64,000 bases of DNA from an uncultured Acidobacteriota bacterium (lineage in GTDB: Bacteria; Acidobacteriota; Thermoanaerobaculia; Multivoradales; SZUA-115): contig CAWDVR010000001.1 of NCBI GenBank assembly GCA_963805975.1, positions 288,001 through 352,000 of the forward strand, given 5' to 3'. The notes below the pieces were generated by a model. That model worked only from the letters and a program-made list of their open reading frames with translations. It was not told where the DNA came from and ran no database searches. Shown here piece after piece: positions 48,902 to 57,642 of the stretch; position 1 is the stretch's first letter; every line of letters begins with the position of its first letter. The translations under genes were made by a program, and so were the position numbers.

Positions 48902-48966
48902 GGGAAGATCTCCCGCGAGCGCTCCTGCCGGGAGCCGGAGCGCCTGCCGAGGATAGCAGCGCCCCC

Positions 48967-48999
48967 GGCCCTGCTTGTAAAACGGGCCCTGCTTGTAAA
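48967..48999. repeat. 15-bp tandem direct repeat (period 18) in divergent promoter region
   Basis: ggccctgcttgtaaa at 48967-48981 and 48985-48999. Confidence 0.8.
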
Positions 49000-49235
49000 T
49001 GAGGGCCGTCTGTGGCAGATTACGCGCCGCGAAGGCTGGGACGGCTCAGTACAACTTCGCGCTCTCCCGAGAAGCGGGTCCGCAAAGGGCCCCGGACGGT
49101 GGCCTCGCCGGCAAGGTCATCGCGCCTCCAGACTTAAGAGCCGGATCTTGAACTTGCGGTCCCGCCGCTCGTATTTCGAGTGCGCCTCCAATCTGTATGC
49201 GGGGCGACGGGCTGCGAAAGGAATGCGGACAGACG

Positions 49236-50768
49236 ATGAGCTTCAGCTCCCTTGGCCTCCACGGCGACTTGCTTCGTGGCGTAGACGACCTGGGCTTCAC
49301 CGAGCCCACCCCGATCCAGAACGACACCATCCCCGAGATCCTGGCCGGCCGTGACGTGCTGGCCGCCGCGAAGACCGGCAGCGGCAAGACGGCGGCGTTT
49401 CTCCTGCCGATCCTCCACCAGCTCCTCGACAAGCCGCGCGGCACCACGCGGGTGCTGGTGCTGACCCCGACCCGCGAGCTCGCGGCGCAGATCGCGGAGC
49501 ATCTCGAGGCCCTTGCTCGCCACACCGATCTCAAGGGCGCCGCGGTGTTCGGCGGCCTGGCGATGGGGCCGCAGGAAGAGGCGTTCCGTGCCGGTGTGGA
49601 CGTGCTGGTGGCCACCCCGGGACGCCTGCTCGACCACTTCCAGAACGACTACGCGCGCCTCGACGGGCTCGAGGTCCTGGTGGTGGACGAGGCCGATCGC
49701 ATGCTCGACATGGGCTTCCTGCCGGACGTCAGGCGCGTGCTGGCGGCGCTGCCGCCGCGGCGCCAGACGCTGTTGCTCTCGGCCACCCTGCCGCCGCCGA
49801 TCGTCGAGCTGTCGAGCGAGCTGCTCACCGACCCGGTGCAGATCAACATCGAGCGCAAGGCGCTGCCCGCCGAGGGCATCGAGCAGGCGATCTACCCGGT
49901 GCGCGAGGAGCTGAAGCGGGCCCTGCTCCTGGCCCTGCTCGGCCAGGGCGAGATCAAGAACGTCCTGGTCTTCACCCGCACCAAGCACCGCGCCAACCGC
50001 CTGGCCGAGTGGCTGAAGAAACACGGCATCTCCTGCGAGCGGATCCACGGCAACCGCAGCCAGCGCCAGCGCATGGACGCGCTCGCCGGCTTCAAGAGCG
50101 GCACCTACCAGGTGCTGGTGGCGACCGACATCGCTGCCCGCGGCATCGACGTCGAAGAGCTGTCGCACGTCATCAACTTCGATGTGCCCAACGTCCCCGA
50201 CGACTACATCCACCGCGTGGGCCGCACGGCGCGCGCCGAGGCCACGGGCGACGCGCTGACCTTCGTCTCGCCCCAGGACGAGGGCAATCTGCGCGCCATC
50301 GAGCGGGCGATCGGCCATCCGTTGAACCGCCAGACCCTGGAGGGGTTCGACTACGACGCCGTGCCCGCCGACCGCTTCGAGGTCCCGGTGGGCGAGCGCC
50401 TGGCCGAGATCCGCTCGCGCCGCGGCGACGAGCGCGGGCGCGCCACCGCCAGGAAAGATCGCCAGCCTTCTCCGCAGCAGCCGCAGAACCAGCAGCCCTA
50501 CAACAACCAGCCGCCGCGCACCTGGGACCCACGCTCGAAGCCCGCGAACGACGCCGCTCGGCCGTCCGGGTCGGGGGACGACCTCGATTCCGCCGAGGAG
50601 GCGCGCATCCGCGCCAAGGCCGAGCAGCAGCAGGCCGCCGCCGTCGAGGCGCGCACCCGCCCCTCGCGCATGGGCATCATGGAGCTGCGCAATGCGCGGC
50701 CCGCGGCTGCGGCCGCAGGCAGGCCCGCTACCCGCCGCCGCTCCCGCCGCGGGCGCTTAGGGCGCTAG
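49236..50768 (+). CDS. DEAD-box RNA helicase (RhlE-like)
   Basis: Q motif PTPIQ, AKTGSGKT, PTRELA, TPGR, DEAD, SAT, ARGID, HRVGRTAR; basic disordered tail. Confidence 0.96.
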   Translation: MSFSSLGLHGDLLRGVDDLGFTEPTPIQNDTIPEILAGRDVLAAAKTGSGKTAAFLLPILHQLLDKPRGTTRVLVLTPTRELAAQIAEHLEALARHTDLKGAAVFGGLAMGPQEEAFRAGVDVLVATPGRLLDHFQNDYARLDGLEVLVVDEADRMLDMGFLPDVRRVLAALPPRRQTLLLSATLPPPIVELSSELLTDPVQINIERKALPAEGIEQAIYPVREELKRALLLALLGQGEIKNVLVFTRTKHRANRLAEWLKKHGISCERIHGNRSQRQRMDALAGFKSGTYQVLVATDIAARGIDVEELSHVINFDVPNVPDDYIHRVGRTARAEATGDALTFVSPQDEGNLRAIERAIGHPLNRQTLEGFDYDAVPADRFEVPVGERLAEIRSRRGDERGRATARKDRQPSPQQPQNQQPYNNQPPRTWDPRSKPANDAARPSGSGDDLDSAEEARIRAKAEQQQAAAVEARTRPSRMGIMELRNARPAAAAAGRPATRRRSRRGRLGR

Positions 50769-50777
50769 AGAGCTCTC

Positions 50778-51674
50778 TCAGACCGGCAGTGCGCGCAGCA
50801 CCTCGCGCACGGCCGGTACGGAGAGGCTGTTGCCCACCAGGCGCCAGGCATGGGCGAGCGGCAGTGTCTGCGGCAGCCGGTAGTGGGCTGGAAAACCCAA
50901 CAGATTGAGGATCTCGCGCGGTGAGAAGCGCCGCAGGCCCGGCGCCGTTCGCCCTCCCTCGGTTCTCAGGTAGGAGCCGCTCCGGACCGGCGAGCGGCCG
51001 TAGGCCGAGGTGAAGCAGGCGGAGAGGGCCGCGGGATCGCCGGCGTCCACCACGTCGATCGCCTGCCGGTAGCGGTCCGCCAGCGCGGGGTCGAGGGTCA
51101 GCGCGGCCGGCGCTTCCTCCTCCGGCAGCCACTCGAGGCAGCTCCGCAGCGGTACGGGGCTCGGCGCGGCCGGCGCCTGCCCGGCGAAGCCGCGGCGCGA
51201 GGCCACCAGGTAGAAGCGGAGCCGGCGGTTCGGGAGCCCCAGCGAAGAGGGGCAGAGCAGGCGCTCCGACACTTCGTAGCCGGCGGCGGCGAGCACCTCG
51301 CGGAGCTGGCCATGGGTGCGCGAGCCCTCGAAACCCGGCACGTTCTCGAGGGCGAGGAACGTGGGCCGCACCTCGCCGATCCGCTGGAGGAGCGCAAGGA
51401 GGGCCCAGGAGCGCGGGTCCTCGTCGTCCCGTTGCCGCCCGCGCCGGGTGAACGGCTGGCAGGGTGGGGACATCCACCACAGGTCCGCGCCGATCTCGGC
51501 CAGCTCGGCCGCCGAGACCGATTCGATCGTTCGCGCGGCGAGCGGATGCGGGAAGTTGGCCGAGTAGACGCCGAGCGCCCCGCGATGGATGTCGATCGCC
51601 CGCACCACCTCGGCCCGGCCGGCCAGCGCCGCCGCGGCACCGCCGATGCCGCAGAAGAGCTCGAGCGCTCGGAC
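50778..51674 (-). CDS. dnmt2: Dnmt2-type C5-cytosine methyltransferase (probable tRNA C38 methyltransferase)
   Basis: Motif I ELFCGIGG lies upstream of the track start; MSPPCQPFTR, ENV, PNRRLRFY, CFTSAYG, LRRFSPREI..LLGFP, RLVGNSL. Putative start is GTC at 51674, 5 nt after AGGAG. Confidence 0.85.
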   Translation of the reverse strand, partial: VRALELFCGIGGAAAALAGRAEVVRAIDIHRGALGVYSANFPHPLAARTIESVSAAELAEIGADLWWMSPPCQPFTRRGRQRDDEDPRSWALLALLQRIGEVRPTFLALENVPGFEGSRTHGQLREVLAAAGYEVSERLLCPSSLGLPNRRLRFYLVASRRGFAGQAPAAPSPVPLRSCLEWLPEEEAPAALTLDPALADRYRQAIDVVDAGDPAALSACFTSAYGRSPVRSGSYLRTEGGRTAPGLRRFSPREILNLLGFPAHYRLPQTLPLAHAWRLVGNSLSVPAVREVLRALPV

Positions 51675-51682
51675 GGCCGCTC

Positions 51683-51946
51683 CTAGCGCACGAAGAGGCG
51701 CTTGTACCAGGGCACGCCGGCGGCCTTCATCCGGTCGCGCTCTTCCTTGAGGCGCTTCTTCTCCTGCTCCTGAGCGATCTTCAGGAGGAACGTGTCCCCC
51801 TCGGGCTCGTGGCAGTCCTTGAACTTCTTGCCGCTGCCGCAGGGGCAGCGCTCGTTGCGGCCGATGCGCGCCACCTGGCGCGGCGCGGTCTTGGGCTGGA
51901 TTCGCTTGGGTAACTGGCCCGGGGGCTTGAGGCTGGGTTTTGCCAC
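51683..51946 (-). CDS. SEC-C metal-binding motif protein
   Basis: [19 protein letters not shown]; SD GAGG upstream of GTG. Confidence 0.88.
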   Translation of the reverse strand: MAKPSLKPPGQLPKRIQPKTAPRQVARIGRNERCPCGSGKKFKDCHEPEGDTFLLKIAQEQEKKRLKEERDRMKAAGVPWYKRLFVR

Positions 51947-52033
51947 GGAATGTTCCTCTTCGTTGAGATCCGCGAGATCAGGGGATGGCCAGAGATCAGG
52001 GGAGGGGAAGTATCGCCGCGAACGGGCGCCGGA

Positions 52034-53782
52034 TCAACCTTCGACCACGGCCTGGTCGCGGATCTGCGCCGCCGCGGCCGAGCCGGGGGCATGCGTCAGG
52101 ATCTGGTGGATGCGGTCGAGCGCCTTCACGCTGTCGCCCACGCTCTGGTAGAGCACCACCTCGGTGTAGAGGTTCTCGGCCAGCGTGTTGAGCCGCGCGG
52201 TGATCGTTTCCGCCTTGGCACCGTTCGGGTAGCGGCGCAGGTACTCGGCGCCGTTGGCGAGGTCGGTGAAGGAGCCCGCCACCTGCTCGATGCGCCCGCG
52301 GGCGAGTGTCGCGAGCGCGGTGTCGGTGCCCGCGGCCAGCTCTTCCAGGGCGGCGAGGCTGTCGAGCACCGGCGCCAGGTTGGTGAGGCCGGCCCGCGCC
52401 CGGGCGGGCTCCGGGCTGTCGCCGGCCGCGCTCGCGGCCTTGAGATACATGGCCACCGCCTCGGCCTGCTTGCCGAGGCGGCTGTAGGCGTCCCCCAGCG
52501 CCAGCGCGGCTTTCGGCACCTCGGGAGCGTCCGGGAAGTTCGCCAGAAAGCGCTCGAGGAAGCCGGTCTCGTACACCGAGCCGGCGAGGATCTCGGCCGC
52601 CCGCGGGTAGAGCTCGCGCACCTGAGACTGGAAACCGGCGAGCTCCTCGCGCAGCTTGGGGAGGAGTGGGCCCTCGCGGTCCAGGCGCTCCAGATCGGCG
52701 GCCTCTGTCTCGTAGGCGGCGATCAGGCTGCCGTAGGCGCGGCTCTCCGCGATCAGCGCCATCTCCTGGTCACGCTTCTGGTGCAGGCGGCCGAGGCGGA
52801 TCTCGTCGGCCCTGGGGCCCGTGGGCCAGGCGAGGAGGGCTTCTTTCTCGAGCAGCGCCGTCACCTCGGGCTTGGGCTTGGCCGTCTCGAGGTAGCGCAG
52901 CAGCACCGCCTGGGTGCGGCGCCGGTAGTCGTCGTCGGGCTTGGCCGGCTGCGGCGTGAGGATGGCGGCCCGCACGTCGGCGCCGCGCACCCGCTCGTCG
53001 AAGAACGGGTGCGTCTGCCAGTAGCCGTACTCCTTGGTCTGCGGCAGGCGGGCGAGCATCAGGGTCATCAGCTCCTTGAGCCCGCCGGGCGCGAATCCCG
53101 CGGCGGCGGCGAAGCGCTGGCCCTCGTCGTCCGCCTCGCGCTCGAAGTCGCGGCTGTAGCTCCGCATCAGCAGCTCGCTGACGATCACGCTGGTGGCCGC
53201 CGCGCCCTCGACCATGGTGCCTTGGGGGTTCTCGCGGCGGCGGTAGGGGTCGTAGGGCGGCGTGTAGTCCCGCTCGCGGCGCTCGTCGTGGGCCTTGACC
53301 AGCACGCCGATCACCAGCGCCTGGCCCAGCACCTGGAGCAGTGCCTGCCGCCGCTGCATGCGCGTGCCGTGGTGCTCCACCACGTGCGCCACCTCGTGCC
53401 CGAGGAGGCCGGCCAGCATGTCGTCCGAGAGGCCCAGGCCCAGCATGCTGCGGGTGACGAAGATGTGGCCGCCGGGCAACGCGAAGGCGTTGGGCTCCGG
53501 CATGTCGATGACGTGGAAGGTGAAGGGGAACTCGTCGAACTGTGTGGCCTGCGCCAGCCGGTAGCCGATGGCGGAGACCCGCTCCTGGTCGGCCCGGTCG
53601 CTCGACTCGCCGAACATCTCGACCGCTTGCTGAGCCACTTGCAGGCTCTTGGTGAAGAGATCCTTGTTGACGATATCGAGCGCTGCAGGCTTGGGGACGG
53701 CCTCCTGCCCCTGGGCCGCGGGAGTGGCCGAGACAGCGAGGGCGGCGAGGAGCAGAGCTGCGGAGGTGCGCCGGAGTTGCAT
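52034..53782 (-). CDS. M48 family metalloprotease (BepA/YfgC-like) with TPR-like C-terminus
   Basis: Signal peptide, PNAFALPGG, HEVAH, EREAD, THP. Confidence 0.9.
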   Translation of the reverse strand: MQLRRTSAALLLAALAVSATPAAQGQEAVPKPAALDIVNKDLFTKSLQVAQQAVEMFGESSDRADQERVSAIGYRLAQATQFDEFPFTFHVIDMPEPNAFALPGGHIFVTRSMLGLGLSDDMLAGLLGHEVAHVVEHHGTRMQRRQALLQVLGQALVIGVLVKAHDERRERDYTPPYDPYRRRENPQGTMVEGAAATSVIVSELLMRSYSRDFEREADDEGQRFAAAAGFAPGGLKELMTLMLARLPQTKEYGYWQTHPFFDERVRGADVRAAILTPQPAKPDDDYRRRTQAVLLRYLETAKPKPEVTALLEKEALLAWPTGPRADEIRLGRLHQKRDQEMALIAESRAYGSLIAAYETEAADLERLDREGPLLPKLREELAGFQSQVRELYPRAAEILAGSVYETGFLERFLANFPDAPEVPKAALALGDAYSRLGKQAEAVAMYLKAASAAGDSPEPARARAGLTNLAPVLDSLAALEELAAGTDTALATLARGRIEQVAGSFTDLANGAEYLRRYPNGAKAETITARLNTLAENLYTEVVLYQSVGDSVKALDRIHQILTHAPGSAAAAQIRDQAVVEG

Positions 53783-53986
53783 GCGAGGCCCGAGCCTAGC
53801 AGGATCTGTACCAGGGACTGCCGTCGAGAGAAGTTGGCGCCTCGGTGCTGGCGTCCCGCTTCGGCCCGGAGCGCAGCGTTACCTGAAGGGGGCGTCGAGC
53901 ACCGGACCAGAGCGCAGGACGCCCACACCGTGCTGATTCGAACCCAGGCCGAAGGGAGCCGCCGCGACGCGTGGTAGCTTGCCGGC

Positions 53987-54859
53987 GTGCCGCCCGAGAT
54001 CGATCCCGACGACCCCTGGCTCTTCGAGCGCCAGGGGCTCGACTGGCGTTGGCTCTCGTGGCGCGAGGCGGCGGCCTCGATCGAGATCCTTTCGGCCGCG
54101 CTCGCCGCGCTGGCGCCGGGGAGCAGAGTGGCCTTCGACGGCCGGGCGAGCGTCGCCTCGGTGCTCGCCGACTGCGCGGTGCGCGCCGCCGGCCTCACCG
54201 CGGTGCCGGTCGTCGCCCAAGACCCTTCGGCCTTGGCGGAAGCGGCGCGGACACGTGGCGCGCAGGCGTGGCTGCCGCTGAGCTCCTCGGTGCCGGAGGT
54301 CGAGGAAGGCCTGTCCCTCCTCGCACTGCCAGCGGATCTCTCTTTCGGCGCGCCGCGGCTCCATCCTCCGGCCGGCCGGCCTGGGCGCTCGGCGCTCCCG
54401 GATGCCGCCGGCCTCGGGGCTCTCGCCACCGGTGGCGCCGTGGTGACCGGCGCCGCGGGCCACGCGCGGCTCGATACCGCCGAGCTCGAGGGGGAGGCGC
54501 GCCGCGTCAGCCAAGATCTCGGGGTGGCCCCGGCGCGAGACATCACCGTCCTCGCCGGCTCGTTGGAGCTGCCGCTCTCCCGCATGGCTCTCACCTGGGC
54601 CCTGGCCGCGGGAGCCGTGCTCGTCCTCGAGCCGGACGCGCAGGCCGGCGAGAGCGTCGCCGCCTGGGCGCGTCCCACGGTGCTCGCCGCGACCGCGAGC
54701 GAGCTCGCGCGCTGGGCCGACATGGCCGCCGAGGGCCGCGGCGGGAAGCGCTCGCCGCTCGGCCGGCTGCGCGCGTGGATGGTGGAGCAAACTGGGGGCC
54801 TACCCGAGGGAACTGTCGACTTCTGGCGGGAGCGCGGAACGGTTCTGGTGCGCTGCTGA
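53987..54859 (+). CDS. Degenerate AMP-binding (acyl-CoA synthetase N-terminal-like) protein
   Basis: WRWLSWRE, AAGLTAVP, RPTVL resemble FadD-type N-domain; no intact TSGTTG P-loop and no C-domain. Confidence 0.5.
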   Translation: MPPEIDPDDPWLFERQGLDWRWLSWREAAASIEILSAALAALAPGSRVAFDGRASVASVLADCAVRAAGLTAVPVVAQDPSALAEAARTRGAQAWLPLSSSVPEVEEGLSLLALPADLSFGAPRLHPPAGRPGRSALPDAAGLGALATGGAVVTGAAGHARLDTAELEGEARRVSQDLGVAPARDITVLAGSLELPLSRMALTWALAAGAVLVLEPDAQAGESVAAWARPTVLAATASELARWADMAAEGRGGKRSPLGRLRAWMVEQTGGLPEGTVDFWRERGTVLVRC

Positions 54860-54869
54860 GCCCACGGCT

Positions 54870-55700
54870 TCAGGTGCTCTGGAGAGCCGTGACCACGTAA
54901 CCGAAGCCCTCGGCACGGCTGTAGCCGGCGCCCTCGAACGCGTCGATCTCAGCCTCCATGGGCTCCATGAACCACGCTTCGGTCCCGAGCGCCCCCGGCA
55001 TGGCCCAACCCGGCCCCTTGCGGTTGGCGGTGTTCGTTCCCTTCGGGTACTTCACCTTGTCGCCGAGCCCCAGGCTCTTCAGGACGTAGGCGCAGCGAGG
55101 GCAGGTAGGCTTGGTGATCCGGATCTCGGTAATGTGACTGAAGGTCCCACTTCCGGTGCTGACGAACTGCGCCAGGGCCGCCATCTCGGCGTGGACCCCG
55201 GTACTTCCGCTGTAGCTTCCGGAGTAGTTGCCGGCGGCGGTGCGGACCTCGGCGTCGCAGCTATAGCTGCTCTCGGAGTCGTCCTTCGCATCGGCCACCT
55301 CCCAGGCGGCGTTCACACTGCCGACCGCTCCGGTTGCCGCGATCGTCAGCTTCAGGGTGTCGAAGAGCTGCTGCGCCCTGCCCGCGTTCCTCACCGCTCG
55401 CGCCGGCCTGGAGAGTTGCACCGCGGCAGGGCTTGGCTTGAAGTGTGCCGAGGGCCCCACCGCGCGCTGTACCGCAGCGCTCCTTGCCAGAGCCTGCTGC
55501 ACGTGGTGGGCGAGCGGCCGCTGCCCGGCCGCCGCCGGTCGCGCCTGGGCTACCGCCATCGCGTTCTGCACGTGAGGCGCCACGGCTCGCGAGGCCTGCG
55601 CGGCAGTCGGAGGCCGCCCGGCGCCGGGGAAGGCAGCGCGAAGCTGGATGGCGCGCTCTACGTGCGCGGCGAAGTGGGAGCCAGCTCGCGGTGGGGCCAT
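54870..55700 (-). CDS. Zn-dependent nucleotide/nucleic-acid deaminase domain protein with N-terminal AxHV(Q/E)xA repeats (putative toxin/effector)
   Basis: 276 aa from ATG 55700 (3' end of track ORF 54870-57599): GVHAEMAAL ... ITKPTCPRC = HxE...CxxC deaminase signature; N-terminal low-complexity repeat leader. Confidence 0.75.
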   Translation of the reverse strand: MAPPRAGSHFAAHVERAIQLRAAFPGAGRPPTAAQASRAVAPHVQNAMAVAQARPAAAGQRPLAHHVQQALARSAAVQRAVGPSAHFKPSPAAVQLSRPARAVRNAGRAQQLFDTLKLTIAATGAVGSVNAAWEVADAKDDSESSYSCDAEVRTAAGNYSGSYSGSTGVHAEMAALAQFVSTGSGTFSHITEIRITKPTCPRCAYVLKSLGLGDKVKYPKGTNTANRKGPGWAMPGALGTEAWFMEPMEAEIDAFEGAGYSRAEGFGYVVTALQST

Positions 55701-55793
55701 GGGCTTGAGTCCAGGTGGTCGGGACAGGAGCTTTCGCCTCCGGAGGATATCCCAGGCCCCGTGGTATAAAACCGGCCCACGAGGAGAGATCGC

Positions 55794-57257
55794 ATGGCCG
55801 AGGCCACGAGCCAGCTCAGCAGGACCGCGGACGGCGATCCGCCGCCGGTAGCGCTGCCGCCCGCCAACGAGGCGTCGGCGCTCGAGGAGATCCACGAGCG
55901 CGCCGACACCGTGTGGACGCGGGGGAGCGGCATGCGGGGCATCCCGAAGCTCGCCAAGCGCCTGCTCAAGGGCAAGGGCGGCCGGGTGGCGATCGTCGAC
56001 GGGCTGCGCACGCCGTTCCTCAAGGCGGGCACCGCCTTCAAGGACATGGACGTGGTGGACCTGGCGGGTGTGGCCGCCGGCGAGCTCGTCACCCGCAGCG
56101 CCATCGACCCCAAGGAGATCCAGCTCTCGATCTTCGGCGTCGTGGTGCCGGCTCTCCACGCTCCCAACCTCGGACGCGAGGTGGTGTTCCGCGCCTCGCT
56201 GCCGGCGGGCATCCCCGGCTCGACCGTCAACCTCGCCTGCGCCTCCTCGAACCGCGCCATCGCCTACGGCGCGCAGGCGATCCTCGCCGGCGAGTGCGAC
56301 GTGGTGCTGGCCGGGGGCGCCGAGTCTCTTTCCAACGTACCGATCACGTTCTCGAAGCGCGCCGCCGACAAGCTGATGCGCTTTGCCAAGGCGAGGTCGC
56401 TGCCGGCCAAGCTGGGCGTGGCCTCGGAGCTGCGACTCGGAGACCTGGCGCCGGTGGCACCGGCCATCGCCGAGTACACGACCGGGCTCACCATGGGCGC
56501 CTCGGCGGAGAAGATGGCCAAGGAGAACGACATCTCGCGCCGCTCGCAGGACGAGATCGCCTTGATGTCGCACCAGCGTGCCGCGGCGGCTGCGGCCGAA
56601 GGCCGGTTCGACGGCCAGGTGGTCGCCACCTTCCCGCCGCCGGGCTACGACCAGCCGGTGACGCACGACAACGGCGTCAGGAGCGACAGCTCGCTCGCCG
56701 CGCTGTCGCAGCTCCCGCCGGTCTTCGACAAGCGCTACGGCACGCTGACCGCCGGCAACTCGAGCCCGATCACCGACGGCGCCTCGGCGGTGCTCTTGAT
56801 GAGCGAGGAGAAGGCCAAGGCCCTGGGCTACGAGCCGCTGGGCTACCTGCGCTCCTTCGCCTTCGCCGCGGTGGACCCGGGGGCGCAGCTCCTCCAGGGC
56901 CCGGCCTACGCCGCGCCCATGGCGCTCGATCTCGCCGGCGTCAAGCTCAAGGACATGGACCTGGTGGAGATGCACGAGGCGTTCGCGGCGCAGATCATCT
57001 CCAACTTGAAGGGCTTCTCGTCGAAGAAGTTCGCCAGCGAGGAGCTGGGCCGCGCCGAGCCGCTCGGGCACGTGGACTTCGCGCGCTTCAACGTCAACGG
57101 CGGCTCGATCGCCATCGGCCACCCGTTCGGCGCCACCGGCGCCCGCGTCACCTTCCAGTTGCTCAATGAGCTCAAGCGCCGCGGCGGCAACCTCGGCCTG
57201 GCCACGGTCTGCGCGGCGGGCGGCGTGGGCTTCGCGATGGTGGTGGAGCGGGAGTAA
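55794..57257 (+). CDS. fadI: Acetyl-CoA C-acyltransferase (thiolase), FadI/TFE-beta type
   Basis: GLRTPF, NLACASS (Cys), [17 protein letters not shown]; SD GAGGAG and TGGTATAAA promoter-like element upstream. Confidence 0.9.
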   Translation: MAEATSQLSRTADGDPPPVALPPANEASALEEIHERADTVWTRGSGMRGIPKLAKRLLKGKGGRVAIVDGLRTPFLKAGTAFKDMDVVDLAGVAAGELVTRSAIDPKEIQLSIFGVVVPALHAPNLGREVVFRASLPAGIPGSTVNLACASSNRAIAYGAQAILAGECDVVLAGGAESLSNVPITFSKRAADKLMRFAKARSLPAKLGVASELRLGDLAPVAPAIAEYTTGLTMGASAEKMAKENDISRRSQDEIALMSHQRAAAAAAEGRFDGQVVATFPPPGYDQPVTHDNGVRSDSSLAALSQLPPVFDKRYGTLTAGNSSPITDGASAVLLMSEEKAKALGYEPLGYLRSFAFAAVDPGAQLLQGPAYAAPMALDLAGVKLKDMDLVEMHEAFAAQIISNLKGFSSKKFASEELGRAEPLGHVDFARFNVNGGSIAIGHPFGATGARVTFQLLNELKRRGGNLGLATVCAAGGVGFAMVVERE

Positions 57258-57378
57258 GGCGGCTTGTAGCCCACGACGCCCTGGCCCGCGACCCGCGAGG
57301 CGATCGAGTCGAAGTCCGCCCGCAAGCGCAGGAAAACAGTGCGGCTCAGGTGTCTCCGCCTTCCGCAGCAGCCAAGAG

Positions 57379-57642
57379 GTGGTGCAGACGGTGCAGGGCC
57401 TCGCGCTGGCATCGCCTCGCCCGGCTTCCGGGGCGACCGGCCTGCTCGGGCCGCTCGTCGAGTCGGCGCTGGCCGTCTCCGCGGGTGGTGGGCTCGCCAG
57501 GGTGAAGGTCTGCGGCGGTGAGTGCTGGCTCTTCCTCGACACCAGCCGCATGGGCCGCCGCCGCTGGTGCGACATGAAGGACTGCGGCAACCTCGCCAAG
57601 GTGCGGCGCTTCCGCGCCCGCGAGCGAACGGGCGCCGCCTAG
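57379..57642 (+). pseudogene. Truncated CGNR zinc-finger (ABATE-family) gene remnant
   Basis: [37 protein letters not shown]; N-terminal ABATE domain missing. Confidence 0.7.

Noticed and set aside
49060-49150. c-di-GMP-I riboswitch (GCAAA hairpin)
   Set aside because: Could not find the required two-stem architecture by eye.
50778-51946. Restriction-modification or defence system around the C5 methyltransferase
   Set aside because: No endonuclease or Vsr neighbour; motifs are Dnmt2-type.
51965-52003. gagatcagggga repeated with period 18
   Set aside because: Only two short copies; not a CRISPR array, no function inferable.
55701-57599. N-terminal 633 aa of the 909-aa minus ORF
   Set aside because: Antisense to fadI; the real gene most plausibly starts at ATG 55700.
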